Source of the DNA: Gemmatimonadaceae bacterium
Lineage (GTDB): Bacteria; Gemmatimonadota; Gemmatimonadetes; Gemmatimonadales; Gemmatimonadaceae
Length of the DNA: 57,921 nt
NCBI GenBank assembly: GCA_039928585.1
Contig: JBDSSY010000034.1
Coordinates: forward strand, 1 to 57,921
Direction of reading: 5' to 3'
Of this stretch, positions 1 through 8,849 are shown piece after piece (the stretch's first letter is position 1; each line of letters opens with the position of its first letter). The notes beneath the pieces are model-generated. The model searched no databases. It was not told the DNA's origin and was given only the letters and a program-made list of their open reading frames with translations. A program made the translations under genes and the position numbers.

Positions 1-221
1 ACGGGCACGGAGGAAACGCCGGGAAGAATCAGCCGGAGTCGAAGCCGGAGTCGAAGCCCGAGTCGAAGCCGGAGTCGAAGCCCGAGTCGAAGCCGGAGTC
101 GAAGCCGGAGTCGAAGCCGGAGTCGAAGCCGGAGTCGAAGCCCGACGTCCAGCAGCCGGCCGGGGGAGAAACCAAACCGGACTCGTTGCCGGGAACCAAG
201 GGGAAAAAGAGAAAGCCCTAA
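1..221 (+). CDS. 3' end of a partial CDS with a C-terminal (Pro-Glu-Ser-Lys)n low-complexity tail
   Basis: The frame phased from nt 3 is open from the window edge to TAA at 219-221. It translates as GHGGNAGKNQ(PESK)x9 PDVQQPAGGETKPDSLPGTKGKKRKP*. It is absent from the ORF track because no start codon lies in the window. Confidence 0.55.
   Translation, partial: GHGGNAGKNQPESKPESKPESKPESKPESKPESKPESKPESKPESKPDVQQPAGGETKPDSLPGTKGKKRKP
33..140 (+). repeat. 12-bp tandem repeat CC[G/C]GAGTCGAAG, 9 units, in frame within the partial CDS
   Basis: Counted directly: units start at 33, 45, 57, 69, 81, 93, 105, 117 and 129. The only variation is G/C at the third base (synonymous Pro codon). A tenth unit degenerates at 141. 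Confidence 0.95.
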
Positions 222-250
222 GGTCGCACGCGCCAGCCGTCGATAACGCG

Positions 251-1003
251 CTATCGCGCCACTCGCTCCACGACGCGTCGCATCTCGTCCGCCCGCGTCA
301 CCGAACGCTCGTACTCGCTTCCGCCCGCCCTCGACAGACTCACGACCTCCCGCCGGTGCCGCATTGCGCTCGTCACGCGTGCGGCACCGCGCACATGCAC
401 CTCGCGCACGCCGGTCGTCGCGACGATCTCGCCCACGTTCGACGCGGTGATGGATCCTCCGGCCATCACGATGGTCCGCTGACCCGCGCGCTGCACGAGC
501 GACGCAATCGCGGCGATCCCTGCCACGGCCGTCGGAGCGCCGCCGGAGGTCAACACGCGATCGATGCCGAGCGCGATCAGCGCCTCCAGCGCCGACGCCT
601 GCTCGCGCACGAGGTCGAAGGCACGATGAAAGGTCACGGACATCGGGCGCGCGAGTTCCACCAGCGGGCGCAGGCGCCCCATATCCACATCGCCGTCCGC
701 CGTGAGCGCGCCCAGCGCGATCCCGTCCGCACCGAGCGCCTTCATCTGCTCGATATCGCGCCGCATCACGTCGAGCTCGTCGTCGGAATACAGGAAGTCG
801 CCGGTACGCGGACGCACGAGGACGAACAACGGGATGTCGATCCGCTCCCACACCGCAGCGATCAGCCCGGCGCTCGGCGTCACACCGCCCTGGAGCAGCT
901 CGCCGCACAGCTCGAGTCGGCTCGCGCCGCCCAGTTCCGCCTCAAGCGCCGCGTCGATCGCGTCGACGCAGGCCTCGACGACGACGCGCGACTCCGTGTT
1001 CAC
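251..1003 (-). CDS. cutC: CutC family protein (copper homeostasis protein CutC)
   Basis: ORF 251..1186(-). Motifs VVVEACVD, RLELCGEL..GGVTPS, VRPRTGDFLYSDDE, GADGIALGALT.DG.VD, VTFHRAFD and RVLTSGG match CutC. I place the start at GTG 1003, which overlaps the upstream TGA as GTGA. The ATG at 1030 is an alternative. Confidence 0.85.
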   Translation of the reverse strand: MNTESRVVVEACVDAIDAALEAELGGASRLELCGELLQGGVTPSAGLIAAVWERIDIPLFVLVRPRTGDFLYSDDELDVMRRDIEQMKALGADGIALGALTADGDVDMGRLRPLVELARPMSVTFHRAFDLVREQASALEALIALGIDRVLTSGGAPTAVAGIAAIASLVQRAGQRTIVMAGGSITASNVGEIVATTGVREVHVRGAARVTSAMRHRREVVSLSRAGGSEYERSVTRADEMRRVVERVAR

Positions 1004-2256
1004 TTGCCCTGCTTCGGCGGCCTCCATTCCCCACGCGCGACGGCGGGCACGAACTTGTCGATCCCCCGCGCGGGATACTCGAGGGTGCGTCCCTCTTCCG
1101 CACTGCGGTATGCGGTCATCAGCATCTGCACCACCTCCAGCCCATCGTCCATCGTGAGCCGCGGCTTCTCCTTGCCGAGGAAACACCGCACGAAGTGACG
1201 ATCCTCGGCTTCATACCCGTACGCCACCGCCTCGCTCGCCACGACGGGCATCAAGCCCATCTCGGCGTTCTGCTTCTCCACGAGATCCTCGCCCGTCTTG
1301 CCTTTCACCTCGCGGCTGAAGAACAGCTTCAGTCCCGCGTCGAGCGAGTTCCACTGCATCGAATACTCCGGACCGAGCAGCTCGGCCGAGAGTCGCAGAC
1401 CGGCGCCGACGAAGCTCCATGAGGTGGACGCCTCGCCGATCACCGTATGACCGTCGTCGGTCTCGAACTCGATCAGCAGGCTCGCGAAATCTTCGCTCGG
1501 CCGCTTCCGATAGTCGATCTGCTTGCCATGCGTCTTTGCGAGCTGCTTCGCGTAGTGCGGCCGGCTCCACTTGAGACTCGCGATGTGAGCCGTGACCCGC
1601 TTGGGCTGCACGGTCGAGAGCGGCGCACCTGGCTTCGTGAGCAGATGCCGCACGACGAGCGCCGAATGACACATCATGTCGCTCAATACGCCGCCACCCT
1701 GGAGCGGCCCCTGCCAGAACCACGGCATGTGCGGGCCGGCGTGCTCCTCCGCCGCGCGCGCGAGATACGGGCGGCCTGTCGTCGCTGCACCACGCGCCCA
1801 GAGCAGGTCACGCCCGGTGTCCACCTGCGGCGCGAACACCTGGTTCTCGAGGTAGCCATGCATCAGACCCGCCTTCTTGACGAGTCGCAGCACTTCCTTC
1901 GCCTCGGCCACGTTGCGCGCGAGCGGCTTCTCGCTCGCGATGCCCTTGAGCTCACCCTTGCCGCTCACCACGGCGTCGCACAGTTCCTCAACGTTCTCGA
2001 TGCGCGCGTGATTCGGTCCGGTGAGCCAGATCGCATCGATCGCGGGATCCGCCACCATGTCGGTGATCGACTTGTACGCGCGCGCATTTCCGACGTCGAG
2101 ATCGTTGGCGTAGCGCGCTGCGCTCGCGGCGTTCTTCGCGTTCGGACTCCACACGCCAAGCACGTCTGCATCGCGCACGCCTTTCCAGCCAAGCATGTGG
2201 AACTTCGCGTTGAAGCCGCTTCCGATGAAGCCGACTCCCAGTCTCTTGTCGCTCAT
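1000..2256 (-). CDS. Gfo/Idh/MocA family oxidoreductase
   Basis: ORF 1000..2343(-). The N-terminus MSDKRLGVGFIGSGFNAKFH is a Rossmann motif and EKPLA is present. The start ATG at 2256 overlaps the upstream stop as ATGA. Confidence 0.88.
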   Translation of the reverse strand: MSDKRLGVGFIGSGFNAKFHMLGWKGVRDADVLGVWSPNAKNAASAARYANDLDVGNARAYKSITDMVADPAIDAIWLTGPNHARIENVEELCDAVVSGKGELKGIASEKPLARNVAEAKEVLRLVKKAGLMHGYLENQVFAPQVDTGRDLLWARGAATTGRPYLARAAEEHAGPHMPWFWQGPLQGGGVLSDMMCHSALVVRHLLTKPGAPLSTVQPKRVTAHIASLKWSRPHYAKQLAKTHGKQIDYRKRPSEDFASLLIEFETDDGHTVIGEASTSWSFVGAGLRLSAELLGPEYSMQWNSLDAGLKLFFSREVKGKTGEDLVEKQNAEMGLMPVVASEAVAYGYEAEDRHFVRCFLGKEKPRLTMDDGLEVVQMLMTAYRSAEEGRTLEYPARGIDKFVPAVARGEWRPPKQGK

Positions 2257-2900
2257 GCCTTGCGGCTCCGGGCCAGGGATGCGTCGAACTCTTCGTAGCT
2301 CACACCAAGCTTCTTTGTCGCCTCGGGCGGACACCCGTTCCATGCAGGATTGAAGACGTTGCCCACGTAACGGAGATCCTGCCAGCCCATGGCGCTGGAG
2401 AAGAATGCCGAGCCGATGTTCGAGCGGAAGCGGGAGAACCAGTTCGCGCCCGCCATGTGCTCGGGCTTCGCCCGCTTCGGGAAGGCGATGTCATCGAGCA
2501 CGGCCCGACGCTGCATGTCCGACGCGCCGAGGAAATCCTTGTGGAACCGATGGCGCATCTCGTTGTCGAGCCATGCGAGGCCTCCACGCATGCTCACGCG
2601 CGAGCCCTCGCTCGTGTCCTTCTCGGCCAGCATGAAGTCCACGAACTCCGGCGCTTTCGCGTCGGTCGCGCTGCCGGAGCGTGCGTCCTTCGGGATGATC
2701 ATGTCGGAGAGCACGCGCACCGTGCGCCACTCCCGCGCGGTAAAGAACTTCGGCTTGTACGCCGCCTGCTCACCCTCCTCGTGCAGGCGCTCCACCATTC
2801 GCGTCGCACGCTCGAGGCTCGGCGCCGACCAGTCCAGCGCGCCCGCGAGTGGAACGGCGCCCAGCAGCTTCAGCGCATCGCGCCGCGAGACGTCACTCAC
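2253..2900 (-). CDS. gluconate 2-dehydrogenase subunit 3 family protein with a Tat signal
   Basis: ORF 2253..3095(-). The twin-arginine N-terminus VSDVSRRDALKLLGAVPLAGA follows GTG 2900, which overlaps the GMC stop as GTGA. The body (FFTAREW, DFML, GLAWLD) is typical of the small subunit family. Confidence 0.8.
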   Translation of the reverse strand: MSDVSRRDALKLLGAVPLAGALDWSAPSLERATRMVERLHEEGEQAAYKPKFFTAREWRTVRVLSDMIIPKDARSGSATDAKAPEFVDFMLAEKDTSEGSRVSMRGGLAWLDNEMRHRFHKDFLGASDMQRRAVLDDIAFPKRAKPEHMAGANWFSRFRSNIGSAFFSSAMGWQDLRYVGNVFNPAWNGCPPEATKKLGVSYEEFDASLARSRKA

Positions 2901-4579
2901 AGGGACCCCTGCTTGCGCTGCTGCGCGATGTAGTCGGCGGTCTTCCACGCCAGCGCAAGAATCGTCCACGTCGGATTCTTGTCGGCCTGCGTGACGAACG
3001 GTCCCCCATCGGCGACGAACAGGTTGCGACAATCGTGCGCCCGGCAGTTCGCGTCGAGCACCGAGTTGGAAGGATTCGCGCCCATCTGCACGCACCCGAG
3101 TTCATGGATGATCTGGCCGCCATTCGAGATACCGTAGCCCTGATCCTTGCCGGGCATCGGGCTGAACGTCTGTCCACCCATCTCGGCGATGAGCGCACGA
3201 AACGTCTCCTGCATGTGCTTCACCTGGTTGTACTCGGCGTCCGTCCACTTCCAGTGGAATCGTGGCGCCGGGATGCCCCACTGATCCACGACGGTGGGGT
3301 CGATGTCGAGGTACGAGTCGGCGTTGGGGATCATCTCGCCACGGCCACTGAACCCGATGGTGGCACCGTAGTACTTGCGATAGTCGTCCTTGAGCGATTG
3401 GCCGTATCCACCGCCGCCCGGATAGTTCTGGATCCCGCCCATGAAGCCGTAGCCCGGCGCACCTAGCCCGCCCCACACCTCGATGTGGTAGCCGCGCGGG
3501 AAGTCGAGCTTCGCGTTGTCGAGCCACCAGGGCATGTACACGTGCATGCCGCCAACGCCGTCCTCGTTGTGCGGCACGTGATCCACCAGTGATGGAATGA
3601 ATCCGGTGACGTCCGTGCCCGTGGTGTCGGTGAGGCCTTTGCCCACCCAACCCGACGAGTTGCCCAGTCCCTGCGGAAACTGCGATGACTTGCTGTTCAG
3701 CATCAGGCGCGCCGATTCGCAGCCGCTGGCGGCGAGCACGACGATCTTGGCGCGCACGTGCTTGTCGGTGTTCGTGCGCTTGTCGATGTACGACACGCCG
3801 GTGGCCAGTCCGGTCTTGCCGACCGTGACTTCGCGCGCCATGGCGTTCGTGAGGAGCGTGAGATTCCCCGTCTGCATGGCCGGCGCAATGAGTACGTCGG
3901 GGCTGGAGAAGTTCGCCTTCACCTGGCAACCGCGATTGCACTGGCCGCAGTAGTGGCACGCCTGGCGCCCGGGCATCGCCTTCGTGATGATCGACAGGCG
4001 AGACGGGATGCACGTGATGCCGAGCTTGTCGCTTGTCTTCTTGACGAGCAGCTCGTAGCAGCGTGGTCGGGGTGCCGGCTGGAAGTTGCCGTCCGGATGA
4101 TTGCGCAGCCCCTCGCGGCTGCCGAAGACGCCGATCAGGTCGTCGATGCGATCGTAATACGGGGCGATGTCGTCGTACGAGATCGGCCAGTCCTCGCCGA
4201 GTCCGTCCTTGCTCTTCCCCTTGAAGTCGTCGGGGCCGAAGCGCAGCGAGATGCGGCCCCAGTGGTTGGTCCGGCCGCCGAGCATGCGGCCGCGCCACCA
4301 GTTGAACTTCTGCCCCTCCGCCACGGTGTACGGCTCGCCTTCGATGTCCCAGCCGCCGTCACACGCGTCGAACTCGCCGAACGGACGAAGCCGCGACGAG
4401 GCGCCGCGCCGCGGAGAGGCCCAGGCCGGCGTGAGCATCTGCGAATTCTTCGACGCGAACCATGCGCCGCCAGCCTCCAGCATCACGACCTTCGCGCCGG
4501 CCTTCGTGAGCGCGTAGGCGGCCATGCCGCCGCCCGCGCCCGACCCGACAATGCAGACGTCGTATTCGGTGTCGATCAT
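2897..4579 (-). CDS. GMC family FAD-dependent oxidoreductase (flavoprotein subunit-like)
   Basis: 560 aa. The N-terminus MIDTEYDVCIVGSGAGGGMAAYALTKAGAKVVMLEAGG is a GxGxxG FAD fold. The C-terminal region (HELGCVQMG, NLFVADGGPF) is GMC-like. Confidence 0.9.
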   Translation of the reverse strand: MIDTEYDVCIVGSGAGGGMAAYALTKAGAKVVMLEAGGAWFASKNSQMLTPAWASPRRGASSRLRPFGEFDACDGGWDIEGEPYTVAEGQKFNWWRGRMLGGRTNHWGRISLRFGPDDFKGKSKDGLGEDWPISYDDIAPYYDRIDDLIGVFGSREGLRNHPDGNFQPAPRPRCYELLVKKTSDKLGITCIPSRLSIITKAMPGRQACHYCGQCNRGCQVKANFSSPDVLIAPAMQTGNLTLLTNAMAREVTVGKTGLATGVSYIDKRTNTDKHVRAKIVVLAASGCESARLMLNSKSSQFPQGLGNSSGWVGKGLTDTTGTDVTGFIPSLVDHVPHNEDGVGGMHVYMPWWLDNAKLDFPRGYHIEVWGGLGAPGYGFMGGIQNYPGGGGYGQSLKDDYRKYYGATIGFSGRGEMIPNADSYLDIDPTVVDQWGIPAPRFHWKWTDAEYNQVKHMQETFRALIAEMGGQTFSPMPGKDQGYGISNGGQIIHELGCVQMGANPSNSVLDANCRAHDCRNLFVADGGPFVTQADKNPTWTILALAWKTADYIAQQRKQGSL

Positions 4580-4582
4580 GGA

Positions 4583-5434
4583 TCAGAAGCGGAGCGCGGA
4601 GAGGTGGCCGTAGCTGGCGCGCGCCGACCCGAGGGGATCGGCCGGCTGATCGTGCTCGACGTAGATGTGCTTGAGCCCCTGCGGGCGCGCGGCGGCGAGC
4701 AGCGTTCGAAAGTCGATCGAGCCCGCGCCGACATCCACCATGCGGCGCTCGGGCGCGGCGGTGGCGTCCTTGATGTGCAGCAGGGGAAACCGGCCCGGAT
4801 ATCGGGAGAGCAGCGACATCGGGTCCGCGCCCGCCTTCACGACCCAGTAGACGTCCATCTCGAAGTCGACGAGCTGCGGATCGGTGCGCGAGAGCAGTAT
4901 GTCCAGGAAGGTGCCACTGCCGCTCGACGCGAGTTCGAAGTCGTGGTTGTGATAGGCCAGGCGCAGTCCACCGCTTTTCGCCCGTGTCGCGAGCGCATTC
5001 AGCCGGTCCGCGAGGCGCGGCCAGACATCGGGAGTCGTCCGCTGCGTTGGATCGAGCCACGGGATCACGATCCACGCGTTCCCGATCGCCTTGGCGTCAT
5101 CAACGGCGCGCGCCCAGGCGTCGTCGTTCGCGGGGAGCGGGCTGTGCGACGACGGGGTCGTGAGGCCGGTGCGCTGCAGCACCTCGCGCACCTGCGCCGG
5201 CGTGCGGTTGTAGTAGCCGGCGAACTCCAGCTCGCGGTAGCCGATCTCGGCGACGCGGGCGAGGGTGCCATCGAAGTCGCGCTCGAGCAACGAGCGGAGA
5301 GTGTACAACTGGATGCCGATCGGCATCACGGCGGGCAGCATGTTGGGCTGCCCATTCGATTTCGCGCACGCGAGCATCGAGGCGCCCAGTGCGCCGATGC
5401 CCAGGGTGCCGAGGAACTCGCGCCTGGTCTGCAT
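4583..5434 (-). CDS. sugar phosphate isomerase/epimerase (xylose isomerase-like TIM barrel) with a Tat-type signal
   Basis: ORF 4583..5482(-). I start at the internal MQTRREFLGTLGIGALGASMLACA (twin-Arg). The body (IGIQLYTLR, GYRELEF, YHNHDFE, LHIKD) fits the AP-endonuclease-2 / xylose isomerase-like TIM family. Confidence 0.82.
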   Translation of the reverse strand: MQTRREFLGTLGIGALGASMLACAKSNGQPNMLPAVMPIGIQLYTLRSLLERDFDGTLARVAEIGYRELEFAGYYNRTPAQVREVLQRTGLTTPSSHSPLPANDDAWARAVDDAKAIGNAWIVIPWLDPTQRTTPDVWPRLADRLNALATRAKSGGLRLAYHNHDFELASSGSGTFLDILLSRTDPQLVDFEMDVYWVVKAGADPMSLLSRYPGRFPLLHIKDATAAPERRMVDVGAGSIDFRTLLAAARPQGLKHIYVEHDQPADPLGSARASYGHLSALRF

Positions 5435-5509
5435 GCGACGAAAGTGCGACGTCGCCGTCCCTGTCGCCAGTGGCGAGCGCACCGGCTCCGTCTGTCTTAT
5501 GTTTGATCC

Positions 5510-6805
5510 ATGGCCACTACCGCTCTCGCGGCGCGCGCCGAGCGCACCGCATCGCGCCCGTCCCGCCTTGCGGGCTCGCTCGTCGGTTCGGAGATCCTGA
5601 AGATCGCCGCTGACGTACGGGCGCTCGCGGCCGACGGACGGGACATCTGCAATCTCACCGTCGGCGATTTTTCACCCTCCGAGTTCCGCATTCCCGACGA
5701 GCTGGAGCGGGGAATCGTGGAGGCGCTCCGGCGTGGCGAGACCAACTATCCACCCAGCGACGGCGTGCTCCCGCTGCGTCAGGCGGTGCGATCGTTGTAC
5801 GAGCGTGAGCTCGGCTTCGCACCCGAGCTCGCCTCGGTGATCGTGACGGCCGGATCGCGGCCCGGCATCTACGCGACGTACTGCGCCCTCGTGGATGAGG
5901 GTGACCGCGTGGTGTATCCGACGCCGTCGTGGAACAACAATCATTACGTCCATCTGGTGTCGGGCGTCCCCGTGCCCGTCGCGTGCGCCGCATCGGAGAG
6001 ATTCATGCCGACGCGCGCGCTGCTCGAGCCGGCCGTGCGCGGCGCACGGCTGCTTGCGCTGTGCTCTCCGCAGAACCCCACCGGCACCGCGTTCACTGCG
6101 GATGCGCTGCGTGGCATCTGCGAACTTGTCGTCGAGGAGAACGAACGACGTGGTGCGGGCGAGCGGCCGCTCTACCTGATGTACGATCAGGTGTACTGGA
6201 CGCTCACGTTCGGCGACACGGAGCACGTGCATCCGATCGGCGTGTACCCCGAGGTTGCGCCCTATGTCATCTATGTGGACGGCATCTCCAAGGCGCTCGC
6301 GGCCACCGGCGTGCGTGTCGGCTGGATCGTCGCGCCGCCCGATCTCGCCGGCCCGCTGAGCGGCCTGCTCGGCCATGTCGGCGCGTGGGCGCCGAAGGCC
6401 GAACAGGGCGCGGTTGCCGCGTTCATCGCCGATGTGGCGGCGATGCGTGCATATCGCGAAGGGATGGTGCGTGGCGTGCGCGAGCGGCTCGATCTCCTGT
6501 TCGCGGGAATCGAGTCGATGCGAGAGGACGGCTTGCCCGTGGAGGCGATCGCGCCTGAAGGTGCGATCTACCTCAGTGTCCGGGTCGCGCTCGGGGGAAC
6601 AGTCGCACCGGATGGCACGCGGCTCGACACCGATGAGGCGGTACGTGGCTATCTGCTGCGCGCGGCCGGCGTCGCGGTCGTGCCGTTCCAGGCGTTCGGC
6701 GTGTCGCACGACACGGGCTGGTTCCGGCTTTCGGTGGGAGCGGTCTCTCCGGAGCAGATCGGTCGAATGCTGCCGAGACTCCGCGCCGCCCTCGCGACCG
6801 CGTGA
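5510..6805 (+). CDS. pyridoxal phosphate-dependent aminotransferase (class I/II, aspartate-aminotransferase-like)
   Basis: 431 aa. Motifs seen: NYPPSDG, PSWNNN, SPQNPTGT and the PLP-lysine context DGISKALAATGVRVGW. Confidence 0.88.
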   Translation: MATTALAARAERTASRPSRLAGSLVGSEILKIAADVRALAADGRDICNLTVGDFSPSEFRIPDELERGIVEALRRGETNYPPSDGVLPLRQAVRSLYERELGFAPELASVIVTAGSRPGIYATYCALVDEGDRVVYPTPSWNNNHYVHLVSGVPVPVACAASERFMPTRALLEPAVRGARLLALCSPQNPTGTAFTADALRGICELVVEENERRGAGERPLYLMYDQVYWTLTFGDTEHVHPIGVYPEVAPYVIYVDGISKALAATGVRVGWIVAPPDLAGPLSGLLGHVGAWAPKAEQGAVAAFIADVAAMRAYREGMVRGVRERLDLLFAGIESMREDGLPVEAIAPEGAIYLSVRVALGGTVAPDGTRLDTDEAVRGYLLRAAGVAVVPFQAFGVSHDTGWFRLSVGAVSPEQIGRMLPRLRAALATA

Positions 6806-8808
6806 GCGTTCGCACGCGCAGTTCGTCGTTCACGCCAACCGACAGCACCGCAGGGACTCGACGGCCCGCGGCGTGGCGGTGGTCGAGCTGGTCGCTCACC
6901 CGGAAACTTCCCGCGCTCACCGCGGCCATCGTGGGCCTCGTGGTCGCGACGACGCTCGCATTGACATATGACGCGCTCGTGGGAGCGCGCATCGAGGGCA
7001 CGCACGACCGACTCAGCCGCGTTGCGCGGCAGATCGCGCTGACGAGCGAGCAGAACATGCGGCTGCGCGCCGCGACGTACCGGCAGGTGGGCAGCGACAG
7101 CGCGGTGCGCGCGGCACTTAAGGCCGCCGCTGCCGAGCCGCGCTCGGCGCCGAATGCGGCAATCGCGCGTCGTACGGGCGAGGCGCTCGAGCGCCTGCGT
7201 GCTGCACCCGACTCCTCGTTGCCGATCGAGCTGTGGACCATCGACGGCCGGCGCGTGGCGCACGTCGGGACCGACATCCGTGGCGACTCGCTCCTCGCAC
7301 TGCGTCCGGAGCTGCGGACGCTCACGGGGATTCCCGTCACCGAGATTCCCACCGGACGCACTGGAAGCGACAGCATTCAGTACGGCGCCGTGTACGCGTC
7401 GGACGGGCACTCGGTCTTCTGGACCGTGGTGCCGATTCTCGAGAACGGTGATCGTGTAGGCTACATCGCGCAGCAACGTGCCTTCGGCAGCACGCCGCAG
7501 GCCCAGGCAATGATTCGCGAGCTGCTCGGCAACGATGCGTCACTGCACCTGCACAACTCGACGGATCAGTTCTGGTCGAACTTCGCCGGGCAACCGATCG
7601 CGCCGCTCGCGGGCGTGGATTCGACGGTGGGCGACTTCATCGGGCACAACCGCGACGTTGGTGACGTGATCGCGTCCGAGGCGACTGTCGCCGGCACGCC
7701 GTGGATCTTCACCCTCGAGGCTCCCGTCTCGTCCGTGACGAGCGAGCCGCGCGCCACGATCCGCCGGCTCGCGCTCGTGAGCATCCTGCTGGCGCTCGCG
7801 GGCATCGTCGCGGCGTGGCTGGTGGCGCAGCGGCTCACGCAACCCCTGGTCACGCTGACGTCGGTATCGGACGCGATCGCGAGAGGCGACTACCACACAC
7901 GGGTTCCTCGTGCCACTGGCGAAGACACGAGGAACGAGATCGCGCGGCTGGGCTCGACGTTCAACAGGATGGCGGACGAGATCGAAAGCTCGCATCTGGA
8001 GCTGGAGCAGCAGGTGGAGGAGGCGTTGGCGGTGTCGCAGCAGCTGGAGTTCACCAACGAGGAGCTGCATCGCACCTCGGCCGATGCGCAGGAGGCGCGC
8101 GACGCGGCGCAGCAGGCGAACCGGGTGAAGAGTGACTTTCTGGCCGTGATGAGTCACGAATTGCGGACGCCTCTCAATGCGATCGGCGGGTATGCCGACA
8201 TTCTCCAGCTCGGGATCTACGGCGCGGTGAACGAGAAGCAGCAGGAGGCCGTCGCCCGTATCGTGCGCAGCCAGCAGATGCTGCTCTCCCTCATCAACGA
8301 CGTTCTCAACTTCGCCAAGCTGGACGCCGGACAGGTGCAATACCGGATGGAGAGCGTCGCTGTCGACGACGTGCTCGCCGGCCTGGAGGCGCTGGTGGCC
8401 CCGCAGCTCGAGGGCAAGCGGATCGCGTATCGATTCGAGCCGTGCGGTTCGGCGATGACCGTTCGTGCGGACACAGAGAAGCTGACCCAGATCGTGCTCA
8501 ACCTGCTGTCGAACGCCGTCAAATTCACCCCGGCGGACGGGTCGATCATGCTGCGGTGCGAACGGGCGGGTGACGACGTCCACATCCTCGTGCGCGACAG
8601 CGGCGTGGGCATTCCCGATGAGCGGCTCGACGCGATTTTCGATCCATTCGTGCAAGTGGACCGGGCGCTCAACCGTCCGCACGACGGCGTGGGCCTGGGC
8701 CTGTCGATCAGCCGCGACCTGGCGATCGGGATGGATGGATCGTTGACGGTGGAGAGTGAGGTAGGAGTGGGATCGGTGTTCAGGCTGCGACTGAGGGCTG
8801 GCGACTGA
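6802..8808 (+). CDS. sensor histidine kinase (N-terminal TM, extracytoplasmic domain, HAMP, HisKA, HATPase)
   Basis: 668 aa. It shows a HAMP-like segment (RLTQPLVTLTSVSDAIARGDY..FNRMADEI), H-box MSHELRTPLNAIGGY, N-box LLSNAVKFT, and G-boxes RDSGVGIP and GVGLGLSISR. GTG 6802 is the only in-frame start upstream of the first TM helix, and it overlaps the aminotransferase TGA as GTGA. Confidence 0.9.
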   Translation: MSVRTRSSSFTPTDSTAGTRRPAAWRWSSWSLTRKLPALTAAIVGLVVATTLALTYDALVGARIEGTHDRLSRVARQIALTSEQNMRLRAATYRQVGSDSAVRAALKAAAAEPRSAPNAAIARRTGEALERLRAAPDSSLPIELWTIDGRRVAHVGTDIRGDSLLALRPELRTLTGIPVTEIPTGRTGSDSIQYGAVYASDGHSVFWTVVPILENGDRVGYIAQQRAFGSTPQAQAMIRELLGNDASLHLHNSTDQFWSNFAGQPIAPLAGVDSTVGDFIGHNRDVGDVIASEATVAGTPWIFTLEAPVSSVTSEPRATIRRLALVSILLALAGIVAAWLVAQRLTQPLVTLTSVSDAIARGDYHTRVPRATGEDTRNEIARLGSTFNRMADEIESSHLELEQQVEEALAVSQQLEFTNEELHRTSADAQEARDAAQQANRVKSDFLAVMSHELRTPLNAIGGYADILQLGIYGAVNEKQQEAVARIVRSQQMLLSLINDVLNFAKLDAGQVQYRMESVAVDDVLAGLEALVAPQLEGKRIAYRFEPCGSAMTVRADTEKLTQIVLNLLSNAVKFTPADGSIMLRCERAGDDVHILVRDSGVGIPDERLDAIFDPFVQVDRALNRPHDGVGLGLSISRDLAIGMDGSLTVESEVGVGSVFRLRLRAGD

Positions 8809-8830
8809 AGGCTGGCGACTGAGGGCTGGG
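8783..8830 (+). repeat. 13/14-bp tandem repeat GGCTG(G)CGACTGAR, about 3.5 units, spanning the kinase stop codon
   Basis: Units are GGCTGCGACTGAG (8783-8795), GGCTGGCGACTGAA (8796-8809) and GGCTGGCGACTGAG (8810-8823), followed by GGCTGGG. The kinase TGA at 8806-8808 lies inside unit 2. Confidence 0.9.
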
Positions 8831-8849
8831 GGACGCCTGGTGGTAATTC

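Noticed and set aside
33-140. Possible CRISPR array
   Set aside because: The units are 12 bp, contiguous with no spacers, and in frame within an open reading frame ending at 221. No cas genes are present anywhere in the window.
3758-5506. 582-aa ORF on the + strand, antisense to the GMC and TIM-barrel genes
   Set aside because: The composition is Arg/Ala/Gly/Pro-rich with no motifs, typical of out-of-frame reading of GC-rich DNA. The opposite strand carries two ORFs with clear family signatures.
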